Part shown: piece by piece, positions 10,327 through 20,000 of the stretch
Position numbering within the stretch: position 1 is the stretch's first letter
Layout of the letters: each line of letters opens with the position of its first letter
Assembly: GCF_000485595.1 (NCBI RefSeq)
Contig: NW_014577076.1
Location: 1,384,047-1,404,046, forward strand
Source: Priapulus caudatus
Taxonomy: Eukaryota
DNA: 20,000 bases
Direction: 5' to 3'
The notes under the pieces: generated by a model
Seen by the model: the letters and a program-made list of their open reading frames with translations, nothing else
Databases searched by the model: none
Told to the model about the DNA's origin: nothing
Program-made: the position numbers and the translations under genes

Positions 10327-11001
10327 GCACGCGCTGTCTGCTAGTGTTGGTGAGCAGGGGGAGATTAGCATGTGTACGTGACAACGTACCCTGTAAAACA
10401 ACTTCTCGTGTTTGTTCTTGGCATGTTTTGTCTCTGCTGCATCGAGCCACTATATTTATAATTCACTGTGTTTGTCTAAGCTAACAAGGCAAATTACTTG
10501 CTCATAATGTAACCAAACGAGCATACAGCAACCTTTCATATTTGACATTTCAACGTCTCATTTAATGTAAATTTGTATGACAATGTGCATTTGCACGAAA
10601 GTACGCTGTTTCAATATTTCTTGAGTCAATAATTGTTTATCACCCCTTTATTATGAACTCTTGCCAAGCGCAGTGTGCTGCAGGGTAAAACAATTCAAGA
10701 TTGCCCAAACATTAAAATAAAATAGCTCACACCAAAATCGGTTTATAACTGTTGTGGATATAAGGGAAGCAGGAAGCATTTTGTGTTGCCGTGACAACAC
10801 GGGGTTGAATTCACGAGGCATTCTATTTGTGCCTTGGAATACTTCCAATGTGAGCATGGTGGGAGAGACTGCTTTATGGCTGTGTTTGCCCGCGTGCGTG
10901 TGCATATACGTGCTTGTCATCATGTGTGTACGTAAAACAGTGAGTGGTAGGCAAGCAAAGTTATACAGTGTGAGTGGAAAAAAGAAGGGGCCAGAACGAG
11001 T

Positions 11002-11445
11002 AAGAGAGCGAGAGCGAGAGAGAGAGAGAGAGAGACGAGAGAGGAGAAGGGACGGAGAGAGAGACGGAGACCGCGAGCCGGCGGCAGAGAAGCGACGAAT
11101 CGAGGAAGGAAAGAGAGAACGGGGAGGCGAGAGGAAGAGAGGGAGAGGACGAGGGAGGAGAGGAAGAGATGATGGACGAAGAGGAGAGAGAGACGAGAGA
11201 GAGAGAGAGAGAGAGAGAACGAAGAGAGAGACGAGATTCTCGCGAAATCACAGCGCTGCGAAAGGCGAAACCCACACTCTCGCTGGTTCCCGCCCACCCC
11301 CGCGGAGCGACTGTCCGCATGTATGCAGCCCACCCCGCTGAGATGAGAGAGAGGAGAGAGGAGAGAGAGAGAGGCAGGACGCGAGAAGACTGGAGATGGA
11401 GACGGGAGAAGGAGAGAGGGAGAGAGAATAAGGGACAGAGAGAAG
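11002..11445. repeat. Degenerate (GA)n purine-rich tracts (11002-11235 and 11340-11445), probably error-rich sequence
   Basis: Direct reading; frequent single-base interruptions. Confidence 0.85.
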
Positions 11446-13329
11446 AATGGCAGGGTTGACTGAATGTGTTGACAATCGGTGTGGATGTTTTTGTTTGTGT
11501 TACTTTTGCAAGTTGGAATAACCATATAATCGCTGTCTTACGCACTTGATTGACTATGTTGATATACGCCTGTGCTGAGGTCAACCATAAGTATTAGCCC
11601 TTCCCAACATTTGCTTGTCGTGAGCGTCGGTCGCGTGCTTGCGTGGGCGGCGTTGCGTGCCTGTGCGCGGTCCGGCGGCGTGAAGAGCAGCGTGTCGTGA
11701 CGTTTGATTCGGCTGCGCAAAATTGATCTGCCTTTTATTCGTCAGACGAGTTTTACATTATAGAAAGAGGAAGGGAGGCAGGGATGGGAGAGGACTAGAC
11801 AAAGGCATACGTGGGTAGAATGGCGTGAAGCAGAGCGGGAAGAGTAATGCTTATGGGGGTTTCTGACAGGTCGAATAATACGGGATAGCAGTGGCGCCGT
11901 GGCTGTTGAAAAAGGTGATAACATTGAATGGCCGCCGTGATGTGGATATCTCTCTGCTTCAGTTTCCTGTGATACGTGCCGGTCTTCTGTTGCGGCCGAG
12001 GAAAATGTGACGGCGTCCTCGTCATGTGTTTGAAAACGAAACCTGTTAAACAACGGATGGGAGGCAGAATGCTTAGTTGATCAGTGCCATGCTGCCATGA
12101 AGGTTACCGATTTCTGTTTCCTGTTGGTACATCCTCGGGTATTCTTGGAAATTTTGCCATGAGAGCATGCCAACGTCGTGTGGCACAATTAGTTGTACGT
12201 CACTACTAAAAGTCGTCTTAGCATTATTCCTAATGTTTCTATGCGATAAATAATCACAGATGTAATTACCTTTATAATGGACACGCTGTTTGTTTTTCTT
12301 ATACCATAATTGGAGTAAATTTAGCAAATCTGCTAAATTGTGCGTCTCCACGCTTGCCGTGATTGGCTTTTGTTTTATGATTACTATGGCATGATAAATC
12401 TTTATGCACCAAAAGCAGAGAATAATAATCATAAGCAAGTATATATGATGAGAAATTGCAAATGTTATATATATACATATATATACACAGTTGGCTGTGT
12501 TTTTAGTATGCTGCGCCGTTTTAAATCTGTTAAAACGGCAAAATGTATATTTAAACTTGACAGGTTCTCAGTCATCCGCCTCACACCCTCCCTACCATTC
12601 CCGCACTGCGTTCGCTTGCAGGTTATGCGATATCATTGTGACATGATCATCGGTGGTCATCGGGGGTTCAAAAACAAATCTGCCTAGAGTTTATGCGTCG
12701 AATTTTATTTTTGATTACAAAGCAGCTATTGTCTGGAGGTTAATTAGAGATTTTAGGGCATCATCGCAAGTTAGAGTGGCACCAAGCCACATATTACTTT
12801 CAATGAAGAGTTATCAATGCAGCCTACTTCATAACAGTGTCTCATATGGGACAAAGTTGTATTGCGTACATAACATGAAGTTTATGGGAAAGGCTCGGTA
12901 GTAAGCCTTGTAGTAGAGCAACCGCAGCATGGAATTCCGTGGGTCATTGAATATAGAGGTGTAATGTAGAGCAACATGTAGATACGCTTATTAGTCGATT
13001 AGACCAGGGGTGGGCTGTGGGCAGTTGATTCGCAATTAGTGATGGAACATTTGGAGTATTATCTAGGCATTACTGTGACGATCGTAGTGCTGTCGTGGTT
13101 GCTGTCCATGATTGCACACGTTGGTGATGAGATCATAATGGCTTCACACTTCATTCCTCTCTCTGCATCCATCCTCCTGTTCGTACGCTTCGTCTGCCAG
13201 AGAGATCAGGATAATACAGCGATCAGCGGAAAGATGCAGTGAAGCACAGAGGTGCTTCTGTTTCTACGTGTAAACGTGACGAGATGAGATCGTGTACAAA
13301 TGTTGTGTGTTGATTTTCGCTCTCGCCAG

Positions 13330-13437
13330 TCGCTGTCGTCGGAGTATGCTACAACGCGCCCTCTATCGATGCTGATAACCTCCCAGTCAGAACAGCAAAT
13401 GTCTCAGTACGCCAGTATCGGATCATTGCAGCGCCAG
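13330..13437 (+). CDS. Exon 9; SLSSEYATTRPLSMLITSQSEQQMSQYASIGSLQRQ
   Basis: Acceptor gttgattttcgctctcgccag|, donor CAG|gtactg, 108 nt, phase 0-0, joins exon 8 in frame (…EKSQ|SLSSEY…); composition matches the other exons; absent from the ORF track. Confidence 0.75.
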
Positions 13438-13519
13438 GTACTGTATCAAGAGTAGATGCCTGTAAGACATGAAGCATCCCTATAGATCGTTCTCTTATTT
13501 CACACGCTCCTGTTCTCCA

Positions 13520-13605
13520 CTTTCTTTCTCTCACACTCACACGCTCCCCGTCCCCCGCACTCACTCTCTCACTCTCTCTCTATCTCTCTCTCTCTCTCTC
13601 TCTTT
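13520..13605. repeat. (CT)n/(CACT) microsatellite
   Basis: Direct reading; a slightly shorter version occurs in copy 2 (~19890-19965). Confidence 0.9.
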
Positions 13606-13821
13606 GTCCCCACCTCCAACCTCTTTTCTTATCTTTTCTCTTATACTTTTGCTCTCGCCCACGCACTTGTTTTCCCACTCGACCCTCTCTCTGCATGGCA
13701 TGCATGCTAGCTCTTGCTGTCTTCTCTGCTGAAGTTGCATCCGAGAGAATAAATAATGACAAGTACATAACACAAACGTGTATCGCATATAATAGTAAAG
13801 TTTCGTACATATATCTCACAG

Positions 13822-13856
13822 GGACGTCGAAATTTCGCAGGTTCTGGTGTGTCTGT
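13822..13856 (+). CDS. Candidate micro-exon 10; GRRNFAGSGVS(V) (donor uncertain: 13846 or 13856)
   Basis: Acceptor atatctcacag|, phase 0 in; possible donors G|gtgtgt or GT|gttagt; short and weakly supported. Confidence 0.25.
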
Positions 13857-14526
13857 GTTAGTCATGCGGCATTGTCTTACAGTTATCACGATCTGCTCTT
13901 GTATGCATTGTCATCCTGCATGATTGCATTAGTGCCATGGAAATAAAATAGTACTTAGTCTAAGTTATAAAAAAATCGTTCTAACACAGGTTTAGGTTGC
14001 GACCATGCCGGCTTTGCACGATGCAAGAAATTATTAAGTAGTAGATAGAGTGTGTATACTAATGTAGACGCGTTATATGTCTTGGGAGATGTTAACAAGG
14101 AAATAAATATTGTATGATAATTCTTATGGTAGAACACTTATTGTTGTTACAATACTATTTCTGTGGGTATATTTATGATAAACATTGACTCTACTCTCCG
14201 TGGTTTAGTTTTAATTATACCATGAAATACCATCACCATCGCTAAGACGTTGCTGTCGTGCATATATATCGTGATACGACCCCTCCCTACAGTCATCGTC
14301 TTGCTGAAGGTTTTCAACTCGGGTCTCGATTCGTTCCTGCATGTTGTCTGTACGGGGGTTTTCAAGTTGCTAAGCCTGCGTGTACAGATTATTACGTGGG
14401 TGTTTCAGTTGCCATAACGAGAGCTTACCAGGGGGTAGTAAAACGCAGCGTGTGTGCTACTCTATGTATAGCTACTACGCACGTTACTTTGCATCAGAGC
14501 CCCATTGACATGCTAATTATTTTCAG

Positions 14527-14635
14527 TCCTGTCTCCCTTTGCACAAAAGGTCTTCTGTTCAGGAGTTTAAATGGTACCGATAGCACCTCCCCCAACCCTG
14601 CAAAGATGGTTGCTCCAATATACAATATAGTGTGA
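14527..14635 (+). CDS. Candidate terminal exon; (V)PVSLCTKGLLFRSLNGTDSTSPNPAKMVAPIYNIV*
   Basis: Branch-like gctaat plus tattttcag| acceptor; phase 2 would fit the 13856 donor; alternative frames are possible. Confidence 0.2.
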
Positions 14636-14991
14636 TCCGATCCACTATATCTGATCCACAAGGATTGGACTCCGTTAACCGTATTGCCGTAACGTCCAAA
14701 TATGTTGCCAAAAATAACATTGATTTGTTGTTTCTTTCGCCGTCATTTAGAGGGTATAGTGCTAGCCTGTTAGACCTGGACGTGTTTTCTGGAATTTATG
14801 GCATACACATGACATTGTGGCTAAGCTCGTGTTACCAGTATGCGTCTATGTTCATTGTTTCTGTATTATTTTGAGGACGGGAAGGTTGTAACGAAGGAAG
14901 TCCATCTAAAATGCTTAGCGATGCAAAACGTTTTTCTTTCCAGTTGCTATCCAATTCATTCAGTTAATAAATGTCCATTCAACTTCTAAAT

Positions 14992-15182
14992 TAATGCAGC
15001 CTGCACACACCGGGCTCCCAATCAGCTTACTTATTGTTGTGGGTTTCTGGCGACGAGTTTCTGGCGTCAAAATCGCCATCGCCATGCAGCGCACACGTGG
15101 CGATTTCTCGGCGATTTTGTTGCTGACAACAAAATCGCCAGTGCTATAGCGATAAAAATCGCCACGTGTGCGCGCGGCTTTA
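14992..15182. mobile_element. Palindromic MITE-like element (PIF/Harbinger-like) built from AAAATCGCC repeats
   Basis: Perfect 18-bp inverted repeat 15089-15106/15156-15173; nested perfect 13-bp hairpin 15110-15122/15127-15139. Right end revcomp taaagccgcgcgcacac matches taatgcagcctgcacac at 14992 in 13/17 positions; TAA/TTA at the ends. Confidence 0.55.
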
Positions 15183-15854
15183 GGTAATGCGGATAACGTG
15201 ACGCACGGACGTGCACATGCAGACACGGCAAGTGCATGCACGTTTGCGCTAACATGTGACATATCGCGACGACCGAAATGCAATTAATAATTCATTGGTT
15301 CGCAGCAGCGTTCACCGTGACGCCACTCTTACGCCTTTCTCTCTCCCTCCCCCCCCCCGCACATTTCTTCGGTCGACTTGCCTGCAATATAACTGGTTAT
15401 CGTTGAGAGCGTGTCGTCGATTGATGAGGGCTGGGCTGGCGTGGAGGCTGCGGCAGTGTTCCGAATGGCCGGGCCCGGGCCCACGCCTGTCAGTAGTGTT
15501 GCGCGATCGGCCGGCCGGCCGCGGATTTCACTCATCGATGCCTAGAAAGTGCGACGAGCCGCACGGTGCGTCAGGAGTGCGCGGGACAAACAAGAGGCGA
15601 CCATGACGGCGGCGGGCGGGCGCGGACGTGGGGGTAGAGCGGCAGAGGAAGGAGCAATGGTGTCGGGGGGACGAGAATTTGGTGACGCAGTTCAAGTCGC
15701 TGTTCTCGCGTGCAGATTTCTCGCACCTGCTCATGTACCTTGCTCCGTCACGGCACAGCCTCGCTACGGGTCGACGCATGGTCAAGCTTAGCGACGCTCC
15801 ACCACCTCCACCTGGATTAGCTAGGACGCACATGCCGGTCACCCAACGTGTGTG

Positions 15855-16710
15855 GTCGATCACTCGTGCGGATCAGCGTTGTGGTGTCGGTCATCGTAGG
15901 TCATCACGCCGGGCATAATATGGTCCGTCACTCTCGTGATGGTTGGTTACGTCTGGCTATCACCTGTGTCTTATCAACGCGGATCGTCTTGGGTCCGTCA
16001 CTCTGGGTAGGTCAGCGATCGATCATCACCTCATTTGGCTGTGATGCTTTACTGTGACGCGTTAATGGTTCAATCCGCTGGGTTTTCTCGCTTTTTCTAC
16101 AGCATGCTCCTGTTGATGTTTGAGGGATTCGTAAATCCGCGACGCCAATCATTTGGGATCATCGCTCGCGCAGCGCTGTCGTGAGAGAACTAGTCCGCCG
16201 ATACCTCCAAAGAAGATGCTCATGTACGTACCAGAGTGGTTAGGGTCTACAAGACCACGTATCTACGCTAGACCATCTCTTTCGCGACAGCGTCGTAACA
16301 GTCTCTTGCGTCGCCGTCGCCTGCCGGCTCATGGGGCGTTTCTATGTATGTGCCGCAACGTCTATGTCGTCTCACATGTGCGGGCCGACGCTCTGTGACC
16401 CGGTTGCCCTGTGGTCGCTGGCCGGGCGACGGACGGCCCATCTATCCTTGGCTCCGGATTGTTTCAGATCGGCGTGCATCTGCCTTTTTGCTGGGGAGAT
16501 CGGTAGTTGAGCTTCTGTCCTATACTGTCGGGGCCCAGTCTTTCAGCGAGGCTATCGTGTACAAACGTCATCGTCTTAAGGTAGCGATCGCGTTTAGTAA
16601 CTTCTTGCGGTCGCGTGTGACCCGAGCCGCTAACACCTGCCCGCTCCTCGAACAAACCGTCCTCCGTTAAACGCTTGTTCTCCACGACCACTCGTTGATT
16701 CGTGCGCGGC
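15855..16710 (+). repeat. Insertion-rich noisy copy of 16736-~17372 (overlapping gap flanks)
   Basis: Collinear anchors gatcatcacctcatttgg, ggttttctcgctttt, atgctcatgta, gtggttagggt, acaagaccacgtat, tatgtcgtctcacatg, ctatactg, gctatcgt on both sides of the gap. Confidence 0.9.
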
Positions 16711-16735
16711 NNNNNNNNNNNNNNNNNNNNNNNNN
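16711..16735. other. Assembly gap, exactly 25 N
   Basis: Direct reading. Confidence 0.99.
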
Positions 16736-17247
16736 AGTCATCACTTGGTCATCACCTAGTCATCACCTGGGCATCATATGTCCGTCACATGGTCCTTACC
16801 TGGCTATCATGTGTTTATCACGGGATCGTGGTCGTCATCTGGTAGTCACGTGATCATCACCTCATTTGGTGTGATGTATGTGACGCGTAATTTCATCGCT
16901 GGTTTTCTCGCTTTTCTAAGCATCTCCGTTGATTTTGAGATTGTAAAATGCGAGCCATATTTGGGATATGCTGGCAGGCTGTCGAGAAACTAGTCGCCGT
17001 ACTCCAAAGAAATGCTCATGTATAACAAGTGGTTAGGGTTCACAAGACCACGTATAGACCATCTTTCGCACAGCCGTGTAAATCTCATTGCGTCGGCGCG
17101 CGGCTTCTATGTATGTCGCAAGTTATGTCGTCTCACATGCGGGCAGAGCTCTGTGAGGTGCCGTCGGCGACGACGCCATTATCCTTGCTCGGTTTTGTCG
17201 CGTGCATTGCTTTTGCTGGGAAGATGGTGTGAGCTCTGTCTATACTG

Positions 17248-17360
17248 GGGCCCGTTTCACGAAGCTATCGTAAAAACATCATCTTAAGGATATCCTTAGA
17301 ATTCTTGTACGAGAGCCTAACACTGCCCTAAACGTCCCTCGTTAAAGTGTTTCACGAAAC
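17248..17360 (+). mobile_element. Possible truncated left end of a Harbinger-like MITE
   Basis: ctg|GGGCCCGTTTCACGAAG terminus (CWG-type flank), internal re-use of gtttcacgaa (~17349-17358) and the near-palindrome taaggatatcctta; no matching right TIR found. Confidence 0.35.
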
Positions 17361-18046
17361 TTATGCCGGTGCGTTGTTAGACGGTCCTTAAAATTCAGCT
17401 GTAACGATGTTGCTGGTGGCATAGACTGGTACCATATCTCTACACCTTGCTACTAGATAGTCTATATATATAGAGACCCAGCTCACTGTGAGTTGCTACT
17501 CTAATCTCTCGCGTCATTTAATTTTAATAAATGTAGGTACAACAGCGTGCAAACTAAAAATAATAGGTTAAAAGTATTTTTAAATGCCAAGTACCTGAGA
17601 AATAATTAAACTAAAGCAAGGTTGTCATATTTCCTGCAACTAGAACTACCACAAATGACGTATTGACTGAACAAAAATGTAACATAAATTCTGAAGGTTT
17701 AGATTTACGTTTGATATATATATATATATATACTTTGATACAGTATTGGCGCCATTGGATACAGTAATTACATACACGAACAGCCGAAGCACATGTAAGG
17801 TGCAAGGAAGCATTTCATCTCTTCAAAATCTGCTACCACAATAAGAAGCTTCTTAGCCACACTTGATCCCTGCGCGTCATGCCTTCACAGGCCTTACAAT
17901 GTCGGACAATCGTGTGGATGTTTTGTGTGTTACTTTTGCAAGTTGAATAACATACTAATCGCTGTCTTACGCACTTGATGATATGTTGATATAGCTGTGA
18001 CGAAGGTCAACCATAAGTATAGCCTTCCCAACATTTGTATGTGTGA

Positions 18047-18085
<39 letters not shown>

Positions 18086-18086
18086 T
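18047..18086. repeat. (GCGT)n tetranucleotide microsatellite
   Basis: Clean run here; scrambled equivalent at ~11620-11680 in copy 1. Confidence 0.92.
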
Positions 18087-19698
18087 GGGCGTGAAAGCAG
18101 CGTGTCGTGACGTTTGTTCGGCTGCGAAAATGATCTGCTTTATTCGTCAGACGAGTTTTACATTATAGAAAGAGGAAGGGAGGCAGGGTGGGAGAGACAA
18201 AGAGACAGTGAGTAGAATGGGAAGAGAGCGGGAGAGTATGCTTATGGGTTTCTGACAAGGTCGAATAATACGGATAGAGTGGCGCGGGGTTGAAAAAAGG
18301 TGATACATTGAATGGCCGCCGTGATGTGGTATCTCTCGTTCATTTCCTGTGATAGTGCGGTCTTCTGTTGTGGCGAGGAAATGTGACGGGTCTCGTCATG
18401 TGCTTGAAAACGAAACCTGTTTAACAACGGATGGGAGGAGAATGTTAAGGTTGATCAGTGCCATGCATGCATGAAGGTTACTCGAGCTGTTTCCCTGTTT
18501 GGTACATCCTCGCGGTTCTTGGAAGATTTTGCATGAGAGCATGCCAAGTGTGTGGCACAATTAGTTGAGCACTACTAAAAGTCGTTTAGCAATTATTCCT
18601 AATGGTTTAATGGAACTAATAATCAAGATGTAATTACCTTTTAATGGACACGCTGTTTGTTTTTCTTATACCATAATTGGAGTAAATTTAGAAATCTGTA
18701 AATTGTGCGTTCCAACGCATCTCCGTGATTGGCTTTTGTTATTATGATACTATGGCATGATAAACTTTATGCACCAAAGCAGAGAAAATAATCATAGCAA
18801 GTATATATGATGAGAAATTGCAAATGTTATATATATACATATTATATATACACAGTTGGCTGTGTTTTTAGTATGCTGCGCCGTTTTAAATCTGTTAAAA
18901 CGGCAAAATGTATATTTAAACTTGACAGGTCCTCAGTCATCCGCCTCACACCCTCCCTACCATTCCCGCACTGCGTTCGCTTGCAGGTTATGCGATATCA
19001 TTGTGACATGATCATCAGTGCACGGTCATCGGGGGTTCAAAAACAAATCTGCCTAGAGTTTATGCGTCGAATTTTATTTTTGATTACAAAGCAGCTATTG
19101 TCTGGAGGTTAATTAGAGATTTTAGGGCATCATCGCAAGTTAGAGTGGCACCAAGCCACATATTACTTTCAATGAAGAGTTATCAATGCAGCCTACTTCA
19201 TAACAGTGTCTCATATGGGACAAAGTTGTATTGCGTACATAACATGAAGTTTATGGGAAAGGCTCGGTAGTAAGCCTTGTAGTAGAGCAACCGCAGCATG
19301 GAATTCCGTGGGTCGTTGAATATAGAGGTGTAATGTAGAGCAACATGTAGATACGCTTATTAGTCGATTAGACCAGGGGTGGGCTGTGGGCAGTTGATTC
19401 GCAATTAGTGATGGAACATTTGGAGTATTATCTAGGCATTACTGTGACGATCGTAGTGCTGTCGTGGTTGCTGTCCATGATTGCACACGTTGGTGATGAG
19501 ATCATAATGGCTTCACACTTCATTCCTCTCTCTGCATCCATCCTCCTGTTCGTACGCTTCGTCTGCCAGAGAGATCAGGATAATACAGCGATCAGCGGAA
19601 AGATGCAGTGAAGCACAGAGGTGCTTCTGTTTCTACGTGTAAACGTGACGAGATGAGATCGTGTACAAATGTTGTGTGTTGATTTTCGCTCTCGCCAG

Positions 19699-19806
19699 TC
19701 GCTGTCGTCGGAGTATGCTACAACGCGCCCTCTATCGATGCTGATAACCTCCCAGTCAGAACAGCAAATGTCTCAGTACGCCAGTATCGGATCATTGCAG
19801 CGCCAG
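19699..19806 (+). CDS. Second, identical copy of exon 9 (SLSSEYATTRPLSML...GSLQRQ)
   Basis: Same acceptor, donor and 108-nt sequence as 13330-13437 at offset 6369. Confidence 0.6.
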
Positions 19807-20000
19807 GTACTGTATCAAGAGTAGATGCCTGTAAGACATGAAGCATCCCTATAGATCGTTCTCTTATTTCACACGCTCCTGTTCTCCACTTTCTTTCTCT
19901 CACACTCACACGCTCCCCGTCCCCCGCACTCACTCTCTCACTCTCTCTCTATCTCTCTCTCTCTTTGTCCCCACCTCCAACCTCTTTTCTCTTATACTTT

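Larger units (their letters stand above)
11463..13649 (+). repeat. Copy 1 of a >=2.1 kb direct duplication (copy 2 at ~17898-20000)
   Basis: Collinear match; indel-rich up to ~12500, near-identical afterwards (offset 6365, then 6369). Confidence 0.95.
17898..20000 (+). repeat. Copy 2 of the duplication of 11463-13649; runs off the window end
   Basis: Collinear match including identical ORFs 13039/19408 and 13349/19718 in the ORF track. Confidence 0.95.

Noticed and set aside
9832..11445. Possible fold-back (missed-adapter) inverted duplication between the CT and GA tracts
   Set aside because: The unique sequence between the tracts is not self-complementary
9643..11584. Long ORFs of 195-258 aa (SLSLSL/ERERER)
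   Set aside because: Translations of CT/GA microsatellites
12622..12687. Alternative terminal exon after cgcttgcag| (VMRYHCDMIIGGHRGFKNKSA*)
   Set aside because: The acceptor is plausible and phase 0, but the second copy carries a 4-nt frameshifting indel here and the composition does not resemble the other exons
13039..13242. 67-aa hydrophobic ORF 'conserved' at 19408-19611
   Set aside because: Identity only reflects the duplicated segment; it is intronic, with no independent coding evidence
15256..16691. GC-rich ORFs and apparent CpG island or hAT-like ends left of the gap
   Set aside because: The region grades into demonstrably insertion-corrupted sequence, so frames and motifs cannot be trusted
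1..20000. A novel prokaryotic/viral defence, retroelement or RNA-guided system
   Set aside because: No transposase, RT, nuclease, rRNA/tRNA or operon-like signal was seen; the window is explained by one spliced gene, simple repeats, MITE remnants and assembly duplication

Overview
Eukaryotic, animal-like draft genomic DNA: AT-rich, microsatellite-laden introns with GC/CpG-rich exons and one 25-N gap. The main content is the internal part of one + strand spliced gene. I read nine GT-AG exons with consistent phases (1389-1499, 3580-3716, 4180-5553, 6308-6531, 7037-7203, 8248-8344, 8970-9092, 9381-9610, 13330-13437; 2571 nt = 857 codons, no stop). They encode a Ser/Pro/Arg/His-rich, probably disordered region with a 12-aa SPxR repeat array, an acidic patch and several YxxL/I motifs. 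I do not recognise the gene, and its start and end are not established in the window. The right half is dominated by two duplications. First, ~11463-13649 recurs at ~17898-20000, including a second identical copy of exon 9. Second, the left flank of the N-gap (~15855-16710) is an insertion-riddled copy of the right flank (16736-~17372). Both look more like long-read gap-filling or haplotype artefacts than biology, although a true tandem exon duplication is not excluded. Remnants of non-autonomous DNA transposons occur at ~128-246, ~14992-15182 and ~17248-17360. I found no support for a novel prokaryote-style system (no CRISPR, operon, RT or transposase ORF). Most ORFs in the supplied track are microsatellite or antisense artefacts.
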